Shown in pieces: positions 15,827-23,393 of a DNA stretch of 43,643 nucleotides (positions are counted from its first letter, which is position 1; every line of letters begins with the position of its first letter). The stretch is from Clostridiaceae bacterium (GTDB taxonomy: Bacteria > Bacillota > Clostridia > Oscillospirales > Acutalibacteraceae): the NCBI GenBank assembly GCA_904501895.1, contig CAJGCX010000001.1:1-43643 (forward strand). The letters are read 5' to 3'. The notes beneath the pieces were generated by a model. That model saw only the letters and a program-made list of their open reading frames with translations, did not search any database and was not told the DNA's origin. Position numbers and translations under genes: made by a program.

Positions 15827-15846
15827 CAGTGAAAAATACTGTTGCT
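15816..15846 (-). terminator. Rho-independent terminator of the XRE/zinc-ribbon gene
   Basis: 9-bp stem AGCAACAGT / ACTGTTGCT, followed on the minus strand by a T-run. Confidence 0.6.
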
Positions 15847-15856
15847 CGTGTAGTTG

Positions 15857-16519
15857 TTATCTTTTTTTATATATAACCAATTCAGGATTTTCGCCATTTT
15901 CTTCATAGGTGCAGACAAGGATAAAGTCCATATTTGCCACGATGCCGAAGCATCTGTCACCACCGAATTCGCATTCCAACTGACTACCGAGGTAAGTTGC
16001 TTTGTCATCAAGAAATTTCACAACCTGTCCGTTAGGGAGTCGGTATTCAAGATTTACGAAACTGCCCGACAAAACATTCAGACTTTCCACTTTTGGTAAG
16101 CCTTCAATATTAAGAAGTGTGTTGATTTCATCGATGATTTTCTTTTTGAATTCCTCAAACATTTCCTTGCTGCCAATATGTGAATACTGTTTCCAATAAT
16201 CAAGGGTGAAATCACCATCAGCATAACACCATTTACAATATTCTTCGTTAAAAGTGCCATTGATTTCTTTGCTGATGTCAGCATCATTCAAGGGCATTCC
16301 ACAACATCCACAAACCAACTGACATGGAGAGCCTAAAAGCGTGTTGATAGACACATCAAATAGTTTTGACAAAAGTTTCAGGGTTTCTGTGTTAGGTGTG
16401 GTTTCACCATTTTCCCAACGGGACACTGCCTGACGAGTTACAAAAACTTTTTCTGCAAGTTCATCCTGTGATAAACCTTTTTTAGTTCTCAATTCAAGAA
16501 TAATATCCTTAGTTTCCAT
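15857..16519 (-). CDS. XRE-family HTH regulator fused to a zinc-ribbon-containing C-terminal domain
   Basis: HTH LRTKKGLSQDELAEKVFVTRQAVSRWENGETTPNTETL, followed by the Cys motifs CGCCGMPL ... YCKWCY. Confidence 0.8.
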   Translation of the reverse strand: METKDIILELRTKKGLSQDELAEKVFVTRQAVSRWENGETTPNTETLKLLSKLFDVSINTLLGSPCQLVCGCCGMPLNDADISKEINGTFNEEYCKWCYADGDFTLDYWKQYSHIGSKEMFEEFKKKIIDEINTLLNIEGLPKVESLNVLSGSFVNLEYRLPNGQVVKFLDDKATYLGSQLECEFGGDRCFGIVANMDFILVCTYEENGENPELVIYKKR

Positions 16520-16602
16520 TAAATCTCACCTCAAAAATATTATACCATTAACAACTTCAATGAACAAGCAACTCGCTGTTGCGATGCAGGGAGTGATATT
16601 TT

Positions 16603-16700
16603 ATACTCTGCAACGATATGGGGTACTGTGTAAACGATTACCCATACTCTGTAAACGATTTGGGGTACTTTGTAAACGATTACTTTTGCGATGTGTACTT
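16603..16700 (+). repeat. Iteron array: three exact-core plus two degenerate direct repeats TACTnTGTAAACGATT at 21-bp phasing
   Basis: GTAAACGAT starts at 16630, 16651 and 16672, exactly 21 bp apart. Degenerate copies lie at about 16609 (TGCAACGAT) and about 16687 (TTGCGAT). Confidence 0.8.
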
Positions 16701-16737
16701 CAAACACACTTTTCACCGCTTTTTTACTGCTGTTTTG

Positions 16738-16829
16738 GGCATAAAAAAGACCGAAACCCCTATATTTCAAGGGATTTCTCGTGTATCAATACCGAGGTAC
16801 TGAGGTGGTCGTCATGACAGGAGTCGAAC
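16738..16829 (-). repeat. Junction module copy 1: terminator hairpin plus a degenerate copy of the tRNA-Pro 3' end
   Basis: 16806-16829 reads TGGTCGTCATGACAGGAGTCGAAC, against TGGTCGGAGTGACAGGAGTCGAAC in the tRNA gene at 23394-23417. The segment 16753-16809 is identical to 19842-19898. Confidence 0.8.
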
Positions 16830-17069
16830 TAGTTTAGGTATTAAGAATTCGGATTAAAACATAGAAATGTTTATGGGAAAATGTGTAAATATTTTCATTT
16901 CTGCTTATCAACAAAATCTTCAGCATCGAGATGCCTGATAAACGAGTGAAAAATAAAGAAAGAGATGTAAAAAGTTCCTACATAAACAATCCCATCTTGT
17001 TTTTTATCACTATCAAATTCGCAACAACGATTTTAGTAATGCGGCTGTTGTGGATAGGAGGGGAAATAG

Positions 17070-17282
17070 ATGAAATATGTAGCTTTGCCACATTTTACAA
17101 AGGTTGAAAACAAAATAGTAAAGACATGTGCTATTATTGCTTTCAAAAAACATATTCCTGTTAAGGTTGTGAAAGATGTATCTTTAGATGTTAAAGCAGT
17201 TCAAGATTTAGTTAAGAAATTAAACGAAAACGAAGTTGAACTTGTACATCTTTATGATGTTATAGAAGATTTCTTATTCTAA
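17070..17282 (+). CDS. Small 70-aa hypothetical protein, paralog of 19069..19287
   Basis: RBS GGAGGGG. It shares its start (MKY), an I-[IV]-A core and the LNE-x-x-V-x-L C-terminal helix with the 19069 ORF. From memory it may belong to the DUF6514 type. Confidence 0.5.
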   Translation: MKYVALPHFTKVENKIVKTCAIIAFKKHIPVKVVKDVSLDVKAVQDLVKKLNENEVELVHLYDVIEDFLF

Positions 17283-17363
17283 TAACATACATCATTATAT
17301 AAGTCAAATCTTGCTTTATGTGTCGAATTAATGTATAATTTTTCCAAAAAGGGGAGATTATAT

Positions 17364-17909
17364 ATGCTGTCAATATGCTTAGCGTTACTTCAAAATCCAG
17401 AAGACAAACTGCGATTTGAAGAGTTTTATAACAAATTTTATAATACAATTTATTTCATTGCGAAAGACCATTTAAAAACTAAAGAAGCAGCCGAGGACTG
17501 TGCGCAAGAAATAATGATTCGTTTTGCGAAAGACTTCCATAACATAAAGCAAGAGTTTGACGATAAAAGTTTTAAGAATTACGTTCGAGTAGTAGCAAAA
17601 GGCATTTCAATTGATATGTATCGTAAGGAGAAGAAACATATTGAACACGTTGTAGATGCTGATTTAACAGAATTTCGTAATCTTTCTGTTGATGAATTTG
17701 AGGTTTGCGACACAATGCTTTTAAAACAAGCTGTTGATGCAATGCCTGAATCATATAAATATGTTTTCTGTCTAAAATATTATTATGAATTCAGTGGTGC
17801 AGAAATTTCTGCAAAAACAGGAATATCAGAAACATCTGTCAGACAAAAATGTATGCTCGGAATGAAATTTGTTAGAAATTATATAAAGGAAGCAGAGAAT
17901 AATGACTAA
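17364..17909 (+). CDS. Sigma-70-family (ECF-like) RNA polymerase sigma factor
   Basis: Region 2 (AEDCAQEIMIRFAK..., YVRVVAKGISIDMYRKE) and the region 4 HTH (FSGAEISAKTGISETSVRQKCMLGMKFVR) are present. The start at 17364 has AGGGGAG 7 nt upstream. Confidence 0.8.
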   Translation: MLSICLALLQNPEDKLRFEEFYNKFYNTIYFIAKDHLKTKEAAEDCAQEIMIRFAKDFHNIKQEFDDKSFKNYVRVVAKGISIDMYRKEKKHIEHVVDADLTEFRNLSVDEFEVCDTMLLKQAVDAMPESYKYVFCLKYYYEFSGAEISAKTGISETSVRQKCMLGMKFVRNYIKEAENND

Positions 17910-18531
17910 TTTAGCAAAAGCTTGTGAATTGTCGCTCAACGACTGGTTAGCAACTTTTCCTGATACAATCCCTGAAGCAGAGCGTAGCAAAAAACACGAA
18001 AAATGGAAGAAAAACCTTTTTAACAAAATGCGTGATGACCATTATCACAGGTTTACAACGAGAACCATTAAAGTGATGTTGGTGGCAGCAATTTTATGTG
18101 CATTGTTGTTGACAGCATTTGTTATTCCGTCATCAAGGGAATTTATGCTTGATAAGTTTGATATTGCAAGTAGATACAAAATTACTGAAAATAATAAAAA
18201 TTCTGTTTCTGGTGAAATTACTGTTGGATATATACCAGATGGGTTTCAATTAGAAACTAAAGATGTATTGGAGAAACTAGTTCAATCCAAATATATTGCA
18301 AAAAATGGTCAGTTTTTTACTATTTTTAAGTGCACATCATCAATTGAAGTTTATTTTGATACTGAAAATTATTTATCGGAAGAAATTATAGTTGATGGTA
18401 TTGAATATATTTATTGTCAAGGAAATTTAAATATGAATAATTTGATTTGGACAAAAAATGATTATGTTTATAGGATTGATGGCACACTTTCTAAAGATGA
18501 GTTTATAAAAATTGCCAAAACAGTAGATTAG
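17902..18531 (+). CDS. Putative anti-sigma factor (single TM, DUF4367-like ectodomain)
   Basis: It overlaps the sigma gene by 8 nt. It has one TM helix (VMLVAAILCALLLTAFVIP) and the ectodomain motif GYIPDGFQL. Confidence 0.6.
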   Translation: MTNLAKACELSLNDWLATFPDTIPEAERSKKHEKWKKNLFNKMRDDHYHRFTTRTIKVMLVAAILCALLLTAFVIPSSREFMLDKFDIASRYKITENNKNSVSGEITVGYIPDGFQLETKDVLEKLVQSKYIAKNGQFFTIFKCTSSIEVYFDTENYLSEEIIVDGIEYIYCQGNLNMNNLIWTKNDYVYRIDGTLSKDEFIKIAKTVD

Positions 18532-18584
18532 ACTAACAAAATCTTCCTTAATTACGATATAGTGAGTTAAGGGAGGTGAAAACA

Positions 18585-18989
18585 ATGTCAAATATCAAAA
18601 AAAGTCTTAGTGTTGTTTTAATTTTTACAATGCTTTTTTCAGTTTTTGTAATTAATACTTCTGCTAACACAGTTGAAGAAGAAAATGCTATAATGCCACG
18701 CTTTTCTACAATTAGTGCAATTTCAACATCCTTTACTATCAGTGGATTAAATTCAACTTCCACAGTTTCTCTGTCAGCAAAGTATTCAACATCACTTTAC
18801 ATTAAGATAGAGTTGCAAAAAGAAAAATCAACAGGCTATGAAACTATTGAAACTTGGACTAAGTCAGGTACAGGTACAATGCTTGCTCTCGAAGAAAACA
18901 GACTTATCAATATTTTCAGTGATTACAGAATTAAAGTAACTTGTACAGCTGGTAGCGAAACATATACAGTATACGACTATCCGGATTAA
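18585..18989 (+). CDS. Small secreted protein (signal peptide, beta-rich)
   Basis: The N-terminus MSNIKKSLSVVLIFTMLFSVFVINTSA looks like a signal peptide. GGGAGG lies 8 nt upstream of ATG 18585. Confidence 0.6.
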   Translation: MSNIKKSLSVVLIFTMLFSVFVINTSANTVEEENAIMPRFSTISAISTSFTISGLNSTSTVSLSAKYSTSLYIKIELQKEKSTGYETIETWTKSGTGTMLALEENRLINIFSDYRIKVTCTAGSETYTVYDYPD

Positions 18990-19068
18990 TCTAGAAAAAA
19001 ACAACCTCTGTGAGTAATTGCAGGGGTTGTTTGACTATCTTCAAGAATGTTTATAAGGAGAATTGGAA

Positions 19069-19287
19069 ATGAAATATGAGGTCTTTTCTCATAAGGTCAC
19101 AATTGAGGGAGAAATAATTGATACCTTTGGTATTGTTGCAACAGACCAACAGGGGAATACATATACTTTTGATGACATTACTACATCAAGGGAATACCTT
19201 GAAAAGTTTGTTGCATTTCTTAACGAAGAAAATGTTTCTCTTAAGTGCTTTAAAATATTTCTTGAACTCTTTATAGATAGTTTATAG
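19069..19287 (+). CDS. Small 72-aa hypothetical protein, paralog of 17070..17282
   Basis: AAGGAG lies 8 nt upstream of ATG 19069. The architecture is similar to the 17070 ORF. Confidence 0.5.
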   Translation: MKYEVFSHKVTIEGEIIDTFGIVATDQQGNTYTFDDITTSREYLEKFVAFLNEENVSLKCFKIFLELFIDSL

Positions 19288-19297
19288 GCAACAAAAA

Positions 19298-19319
19298 GGA
19301 CTGGTGTAAAAACCAGTCC
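19298..19319. terminator. Bidirectional terminator hairpin between convergent genes
   Basis: 8-bp stem GGACTGGT / ACCAGTCC with A/T runs on both sides. Confidence 0.5.
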
Positions 19320-19323
19320 AATT

Positions 19324-19557
19324 TTAATATTCTTTTACCTTTTTAATACATTCTTCACACAAAGAAAGTTCTTCATTTACATTTTCTGCTGTGCCACATA
19401 ATTTGCATTTTGGTGTAACCACCTCAATGGTCAGTTTGCCATCATTCTCATATAATACAACCTTTGTACCTGTGCTTATATTCATTTTATTACGATATTC
19501 TTTCGGTAAAACAATTCTTCCTGCCTCATCCACTGTCTTGACTGTACCATAGAGCAT
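19324..19557 (-). CDS. AbrB/MazE/SpoVT-family DNA-binding protein with a C-terminal CxxC...CxxC zinc ribbon
   Basis: The SpoVT-AbrB swapped-hairpin signature is VDEAGRIVLPKEYRNKMNISTGTKVVL. The C-terminus reads CKLCGT...CEECIK. The start is taken at MLYGTVK. Confidence 0.75.
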   Translation of the reverse strand: MLYGTVKTVDEAGRIVLPKEYRNKMNISTGTKVVLYENDGKLTIEVVTPKCKLCGTAENVNEELSLCEECIKKVKEY

Positions 19558-19659
19558 AGTTATCACCATTTCCTTGTCGAATTTTGTTGTATTACACCAC
19601 CAATATACTAAAAATGGCAAAAAATGTCAAGTTTTAGTCTTTCTCCTTGTGACAATTAT

Positions 19660-19775
19660 GTCCGTTTTTGTGTACACCGTTTACGATTACACGAAAATTT
19701 TATACTTCGTTTACGATTTGTACTTTTAGGGCATGCTCCGTTTACGATATGGTATACTCCGTTTACGATTACTAT
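19660..19775 (+). repeat. Iteron cluster: four direct copies of (C/T)CGTTTACGAT(T/A)
   Basis: CGTTTACGAT starts at 19678, 19708, 19739 and 19760. The first 43 nt duplicate 14685-14727. Confidence 0.8.
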
Positions 19776-19841
19776 TTTTGAGACATTCTGAAAACAAAAA
19801 AAGCACCCTAAAAAGAGTGCTTAATCTGCTTGGAAAATGAA

Positions 19842-19918
19842 GAAACCCCTATATTTCAAGGGATTTCTCGTGTATCAATACCGAGGTACTGAGGTGGTGG
19901 TCGTGACAGGAGTCGAAC
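19842..19918 (-). repeat. Junction module copy 2: terminator hairpin plus a degenerate tRNA-Pro 3' end
   Basis: 19898-19918 reads TGGTCGTGACAGGAGTCGAAC, which is the tRNA 3' end with a 3-nt deletion. The upstream 57 nt are identical to copy 1. Confidence 0.8.
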
Positions 19919-19936
19919 GAGATTTTTATATATTGA

Positions 19937-21433
19937 TTACATCAAACCTAATTTGAATTTAATGTTTGCAATTACTCGTTTTATTTTTAATGAACGTTGT
20001 GTTTTTGGAGAAAGGTCTTCTTTGAAATCAAGATTTTCACTGTTGATTTCATTGATTATGCCATCATTTGAAACACTAAAAATTGTGTATTTAAGATGTG
20101 CAGCCTCGTCTTCATAGAAAACTGCAAAATTCCCGTCAGAAAGTTCAGTTAAGCAGGAATAACCATAAAATCCCTGTGTTAAATGATATTTGCTAATCCA
20201 GTTAATCTGACCATCATCTTCTGTAATACCAACACGAAGCACACCATCTGCTCTTGCTTTAAGATTTCCTCCAGCTGAGCAAAGAATTACTTGTTTTTCG
20301 TTAATTTTTTTGCTTGTTTCCATAAGTGAAACCATACAGTTTTTTGTACCCTCAAGGGACTTGTCTGCACGGAATGTTGTCCAAGTTTCTCCGCCATCAA
20401 GACTGTCAGAATATGCTATATAGTTGCTCAGGTTTCTTGCATACATACGAAGTGCTTTGTAATTTTTGCCTTCGATTTTTACAAGCTGAGCTTCACTTGT
20501 TTTGCCAATACCTTTTTTGATTTTTATTTTATTACTTCTGTGCCAAGTCATACCGTTGTCATCAGAATAAATTGCACTTGCGTTTTCGAAAATAGGGTCT
20601 TTAAAGAGTCCGTTATTATCATAAACACAGAATAAAATTCTTTCTTTTCCGTTATGATTAATAACCATGCCACGACCTGGACCAACACCTAAAAATGATT
20701 CTTTTTCATTTTTTACAAACTCTGAAACGATTTGTGGAGCACTCCAGGTTTTACCATTGTCGTCAGAATATCTCAACCATAAATAAGTGGTTTTATAGCA
20801 TTTTAATTCTGATGCACTATAAAAAATATTCTGTTGAACTTTCACCTTTTCAGAGCCTTTTTGTTCTGTATAAAGTGGCTCGTCGTTTTTATAAAGACGA
20901 AATTCACGGTCGATTGAATATTCTGTAATTTTGTTATCATTTCTTGTAAAAACAGGTGCAAAATCGTTTTCAAAATCGCCAACATAAAACTTGAAGGTGT
21001 CTAATTTATCGCCGTGATTACCATTTGTGAGAAGAAGATGTTTTTTGCCGTTGATATCGCAGAAGCCTGTACCGGTCTTGCACTGAAGATATCCGCATTC
21101 TGATGGTTGAGCATCAACAAGCATAAAAATTCGCCCAGTACTTGACTGCACAATAACAGAGTCAATAAATGATGCACTGTCAGTTGATGTGACTGTATCG
21201 GCATAGTCATCAAAATGGTTGACCATTATATAATCCCAGCTATCATATCCGTCTTTTGAAATTGCTACAGCTATATCAATGTTGTTAGGGGAGTCTGACC
21301 CGTGACTGTAACGGATATCTGCACCTGCTATAATACTGCCATCATTGAGAGTGTAAAGAGCAGGAATACGATTGCGTTCAGAAGCAAATTCTTTATTGTC
21401 AAAAATTTGCTCATAAATGATTTTTGAATTCAT
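19937..21433 (-). CDS. Exo-alpha-sialidase (GH33, BNR/Asp-box repeats), no signal peptide visible
   Basis: RIP motif (ERNRIPALYTL) plus the Asp-boxes YSDDNGKTWS, YSDDNGMTWH and SDSLDGGETWT. Confidence 0.85.
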   Translation of the reverse strand: MNSKIIYEQIFDNKEFASERNRIPALYTLNDGSIIAGADIRYSHGSDSPNNIDIAVAISKDGYDSWDYIMVNHFDDYADTVTSTDSASFIDSVIVQSSTGRIFMLVDAQPSECGYLQCKTGTGFCDINGKKHLLLTNGNHGDKLDTFKFYVGDFENDFAPVFTRNDNKITEYSIDREFRLYKNDEPLYTEQKGSEKVKVQQNIFYSASELKCYKTTYLWLRYSDDNGKTWSAPQIVSEFVKNEKESFLGVGPGRGMVINHNGKERILFCVYDNNGLFKDPIFENASAIYSDDNGMTWHRSNKIKIKKGIGKTSEAQLVKIEGKNYKALRMYARNLSNYIAYSDSLDGGETWTTFRADKSLEGTKNCMVSLMETSKKINEKQVILCSAGGNLKARADGVLRVGITEDDGQINWISKYHLTQGFYGYSCLTELSDGNFAVFYEDEAAHLKYTIFSVSNDGIINEINSENLDFKEDLSPKTQRSLKIKRVIANIKFKLGLM

Positions 21434-21496
21434 CTTGTTTCTCCTTAGTTAAATAAGAAATGTTTATATACAGCAATTATATCATTAAAAAAATAA

Positions 21497-21557
21497 AAGT
21501 ACAACAGTTTGTATTAAAACCGTTGTACTTAAGTGGTCGAGATGACAGGAGTCAAAC
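21497..21557 (-). repeat. Junction module copy 3: a different terminator hairpin plus a degenerate tRNA-Pro 3' end
   Basis: 21534-21557 reads TGGTCGAGATGACAGGAGTCAAAC. The hairpin AGTACAAC/GTTGTACT has a minus-strand T-run. GTTGTACTTA(A/G)GTGGTCG is shared with copy 4. Confidence 0.7.
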
Positions 21558-21577
21558 ATATGATATCCTCTTTTCAA

Positions 21578-21608
21578 AGAAAAAGCAACAGTTTTCAGGC
21601 TGTTGCTT
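21578..21608 (-). terminator. Rho-independent terminator of the GH32-ABM operon
   Basis: 9-bp stem AAGCAACAG / CTGTTGCTT, followed on the minus strand by a T-run. Confidence 0.65.
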
Positions 21609-21629
21609 ATGGGTTTAATTCATAATAGT

Positions 21630-21962
21630 TTATTCTTTAATAAATGCTTTATCTTTTTCGGGGATACCTGATTCGTTGAAAACATATCGTTCGACTTTCA
21701 TACTCAAATCATACTTTTCACGCAAGTCGATGATTTTTTGCATCATCGGTGATTTGTGGTGAATGTCGAGTACTTGTTGATTTTCCCAACTGTCAATTAA
21801 GAGAACAGTTTCATCATCATTCATGGGTAAAAAGTATTCATATTTCAAATTGCCTTTCTGGGCACGAATTTCGTCAACAATGCCACTTGAAAGCATTTCA
21901 TCTGCGAACTTTCTTGCGTTTCCGTTTGTGCCTGAATAGTAAATGTTTATTGTTATTGCCAT
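21630..21962 (-). CDS. ABM (antibiotic biosynthesis monooxygenase-like) domain protein
   Basis: The ~110-aa ferredoxin-like pattern includes LLIDSWENQQVLDIHHKSPMM. The start is taken at MAITINIYY, with AGAGGTGA upstream. Confidence 0.6.
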   Translation of the reverse strand: MAITINIYYSGTNGNARKFADEMLSSGIVDEIRAQKGNLKYEYFLPMNDDETVLLIDSWENQQVLDIHHKSPMMQKIIDLREKYDLSMKVERYVFNESGIPEKDKAFIKE

Positions 21963-21983
21963 TTTATCACCTCTTAAATCCAT

Positions 21984-23066
21984 TTATAGCAAAACAGAAT
22001 AAATTTCTTCGCCACCGTTGACAAATACTTCTAAAATATATCCGTCACGAATGATTTTAAGGTCTTTGATTTCACCTTCAAAAACAACGCTCTTACGGTG
22101 TGTTCGCTTGATTTTAAATCCGTTTTTCTTGCGTATAACTGACGAATCACTGTCAGTGAGCAAACGCTGTACTTCTTCTACTGGATACCCATAGATTCTT
22201 CCGTCAATCAACTTAATTTCACGTGGCACAGACATACAACCAATATCTTTTTTCTTGTAACCTGCATATTTCCAACCAGGTAGCCAGGAAATAAGGATTG
22301 TTCTTCCCTTGTGGTCAAGAAATACCTGACCTGCATATTGGTCGGGTCCTTTGTCCACTTCACCCGTGTATTCAGGTGTGAATTTTCCGTCTTCGAAAGT
22401 GCCATACATTACAGAAAAGTGATGACTGTCTTCTTTGCAGACAGAAGCAGTAAGCAAGTATTTATCTCCCGATTTCATAAATGACGGACACTCGGCAAAC
22501 TTTGAGTTTTCCCATTCGCACAAAATGCCCTTATACTCCCAATTAAACAGGTCTTCACTTTTGTATAACAAAAGATTTGCAGTTTTCTTTTCACGGTTAC
22601 CCGATGCCATTACGCAATAATAATTGCTATCGGAATAACACACGGCAGGGTCACGAAAATCAGGACAACCATCAGCAGGAAAACCACCAATAATAGGATT
22701 GTTTTCATATTTTTCAAAGTTAATTCCGTCAGTTGAATAAGCAACGCTTACTGATTGAACACCATCATGAATGGAAGCATAAAAGAGAAAAAGGGTATCG
22801 TCTCTGACAATTGCCGTGCCTGACCAGCAACCGTCTTTATCGTATGGCTTATCAGGGAAAAGTGCAACAGGCAATTCTTCAAAATCCAAGAAATTCTTTG
22901 TTCGTGCATGTCCCCAATGCATACTCTCTTTCCATGGCTTTTCAAAATTGGGTGAATGCTGATAAAAAATATGGTAATAGCCGTTAAAATATACAAGTCC
23001 GTTAGGGTCGTTAATCCAACCTTTTTTAGTTGCAAAATGGAATTTCAGTGGTGTACGATAATTCAT
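21984..23066 (-). CDS. Glycoside hydrolase family 32 (beta-fructofuranosidase / sucrose-6-phosphate hydrolase-like), short C-terminal domain
   Basis: The GH32 catalytic motifs are present: WINDPNG, FRDP and ECP (FAECPSF). At 360 aa it is shorter than the ~480 aa I expect for SacA-type enzymes. Confidence 0.85.
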   Translation of the reverse strand: MNYRTPLKFHFATKKGWINDPNGLVYFNGYYHIFYQHSPNFEKPWKESMHWGHARTKNFLDFEELPVALFPDKPYDKDGCWSGTAIVRDDTLFLFYASIHDGVQSVSVAYSTDGINFEKYENNPIIGGFPADGCPDFRDPAVCYSDSNYYCVMASGNREKKTANLLLYKSEDLFNWEYKGILCEWENSKFAECPSFMKSGDKYLLTASVCKEDSHHFSVMYGTFEDGKFTPEYTGEVDKGPDQYAGQVFLDHKGRTILISWLPGWKYAGYKKKDIGCMSVPREIKLIDGRIYGYPVEEVQRLLTDSDSSVIRKKNGFKIKRTHRKSVVFEGEIKDLKIIRDGYILEVFVNGGEEIYSVLL

Positions 23067-23096
23067 ATAAGCCCTCTTTTCGTTTTCGTTGAATCA

Positions 23097-23126
23097 ATTA
23101 TACCATTCACCCAAAACAAAAAGCAA
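23097..23126 (-). promoter_or_regulatory. Putative promoter with extended -10 (TGGTATAAT) for the GH32 gene
   Basis: On the minus strand: TTGCTT, an 18-nt spacer, then TGGTATAAT, about 30 nt upstream of the start codon. It is nearly the same module as 15799-15826. Confidence 0.45.
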
Positions 23127-23144
23127 CCATTTCAGAATCTTTAA

Positions 23145-23234
23145 GGCATAAAAAGACCGAAACCCCTATATTTCAAGGGTTTTCGGTTGTATTATCTAAG
23201 TTGTACTTAGGTGGTCGGAGTGACAGGAGTCGAA
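23145..23234 (-). repeat. Junction module copy 4: terminator hairpin plus a perfect 23-nt copy of the tRNA-Pro 3' end
   Basis: 23212-23234 (TGGTCGGAGTGACAGGAGTCGAA) is identical to 23394-23416. The hairpin ACCGAAACCC/GGGTTTTCGGT has a minus-strand T-run. The left part is shared with copy 1. Confidence 0.85.
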
Positions 23235-23353
23235 TACTAGACTCACAATGCGAATGGGGGATTCGCATTGTGCTCTTCACTAAAAACAATCCACCGGATT
23301 GTTTTCTTAACGCTCAGACCTATCGGTTCGACTCCTTACTATCAAAAGCGAAC
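23235..23353. other. Highly structured non-coding mini-insert between the two perfect 23-nt repeats
   Basis: It contains a perfect 12-bp hairpin CACAATGCGAAT/ATTCGCATTGTG and a perfect 9-bp hairpin AAACAATCC/GGATTGTTT. An inverted 11-nt copy of the tRNA T-arm (GGTTCGACTCC, 23325-23335) can pair with 23226-23234. Confidence 0.4.
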
Positions 23354-23393
23354 AAAAAAATAGCAGCCTCAACCGAAGTTGAAACTGCTATTT
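23354..23393 (-). terminator. Rho-independent terminator immediately after tRNA-Pro
   Basis: Stem AATAGCAG/CTGCTATT with an inner TCAAC/GTTGA extension, followed on the minus strand by T7. Confidence 0.7.

Noticed and set aside
16540-16817. Three overlapping track ORFs (16540..16770 minus, 16560..16817 plus, 16618..16803 plus) with internally repetitive translations (IVYKVPQIVYRVWVIVYTVPHIV).
   Set aside because: They simply translate the 21-bp iteron array and the junction hairpin. They have no RBS, they overlap one another, and the periodicity is at the DNA level. They are not coding.
19324-19557. The AbrB/MazE-fold protein as the antitoxin of a toxin-antitoxin pair.
   Set aside because: No toxin-sized ORF is adjacent on the same strand. 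The neighbours are convergent or are repeats. The C-terminal zinc ribbon fits a transcriptional regulator better.
16603-19775. Whether the short phased repeats could be a CRISPR array.
   Set aside because: The repeat units are about 18-21 nt with essentially no unique spacers between them (21-31 nt period). There are only 3-5 copies, there are no cas genes, and the repeats are not partially palindromic in the CRISPR manner.
23300-23345. A plus-strand GGTTCGACTCC string that might indicate a second tRNA gene on the plus strand.
   Set aside because: The flanks cannot form a T stem (ATCGG against CCTTA), and no acceptor, D or anticodon arms can be drawn. I interpret it as an inverted partial copy of the att/T-arm sequence.
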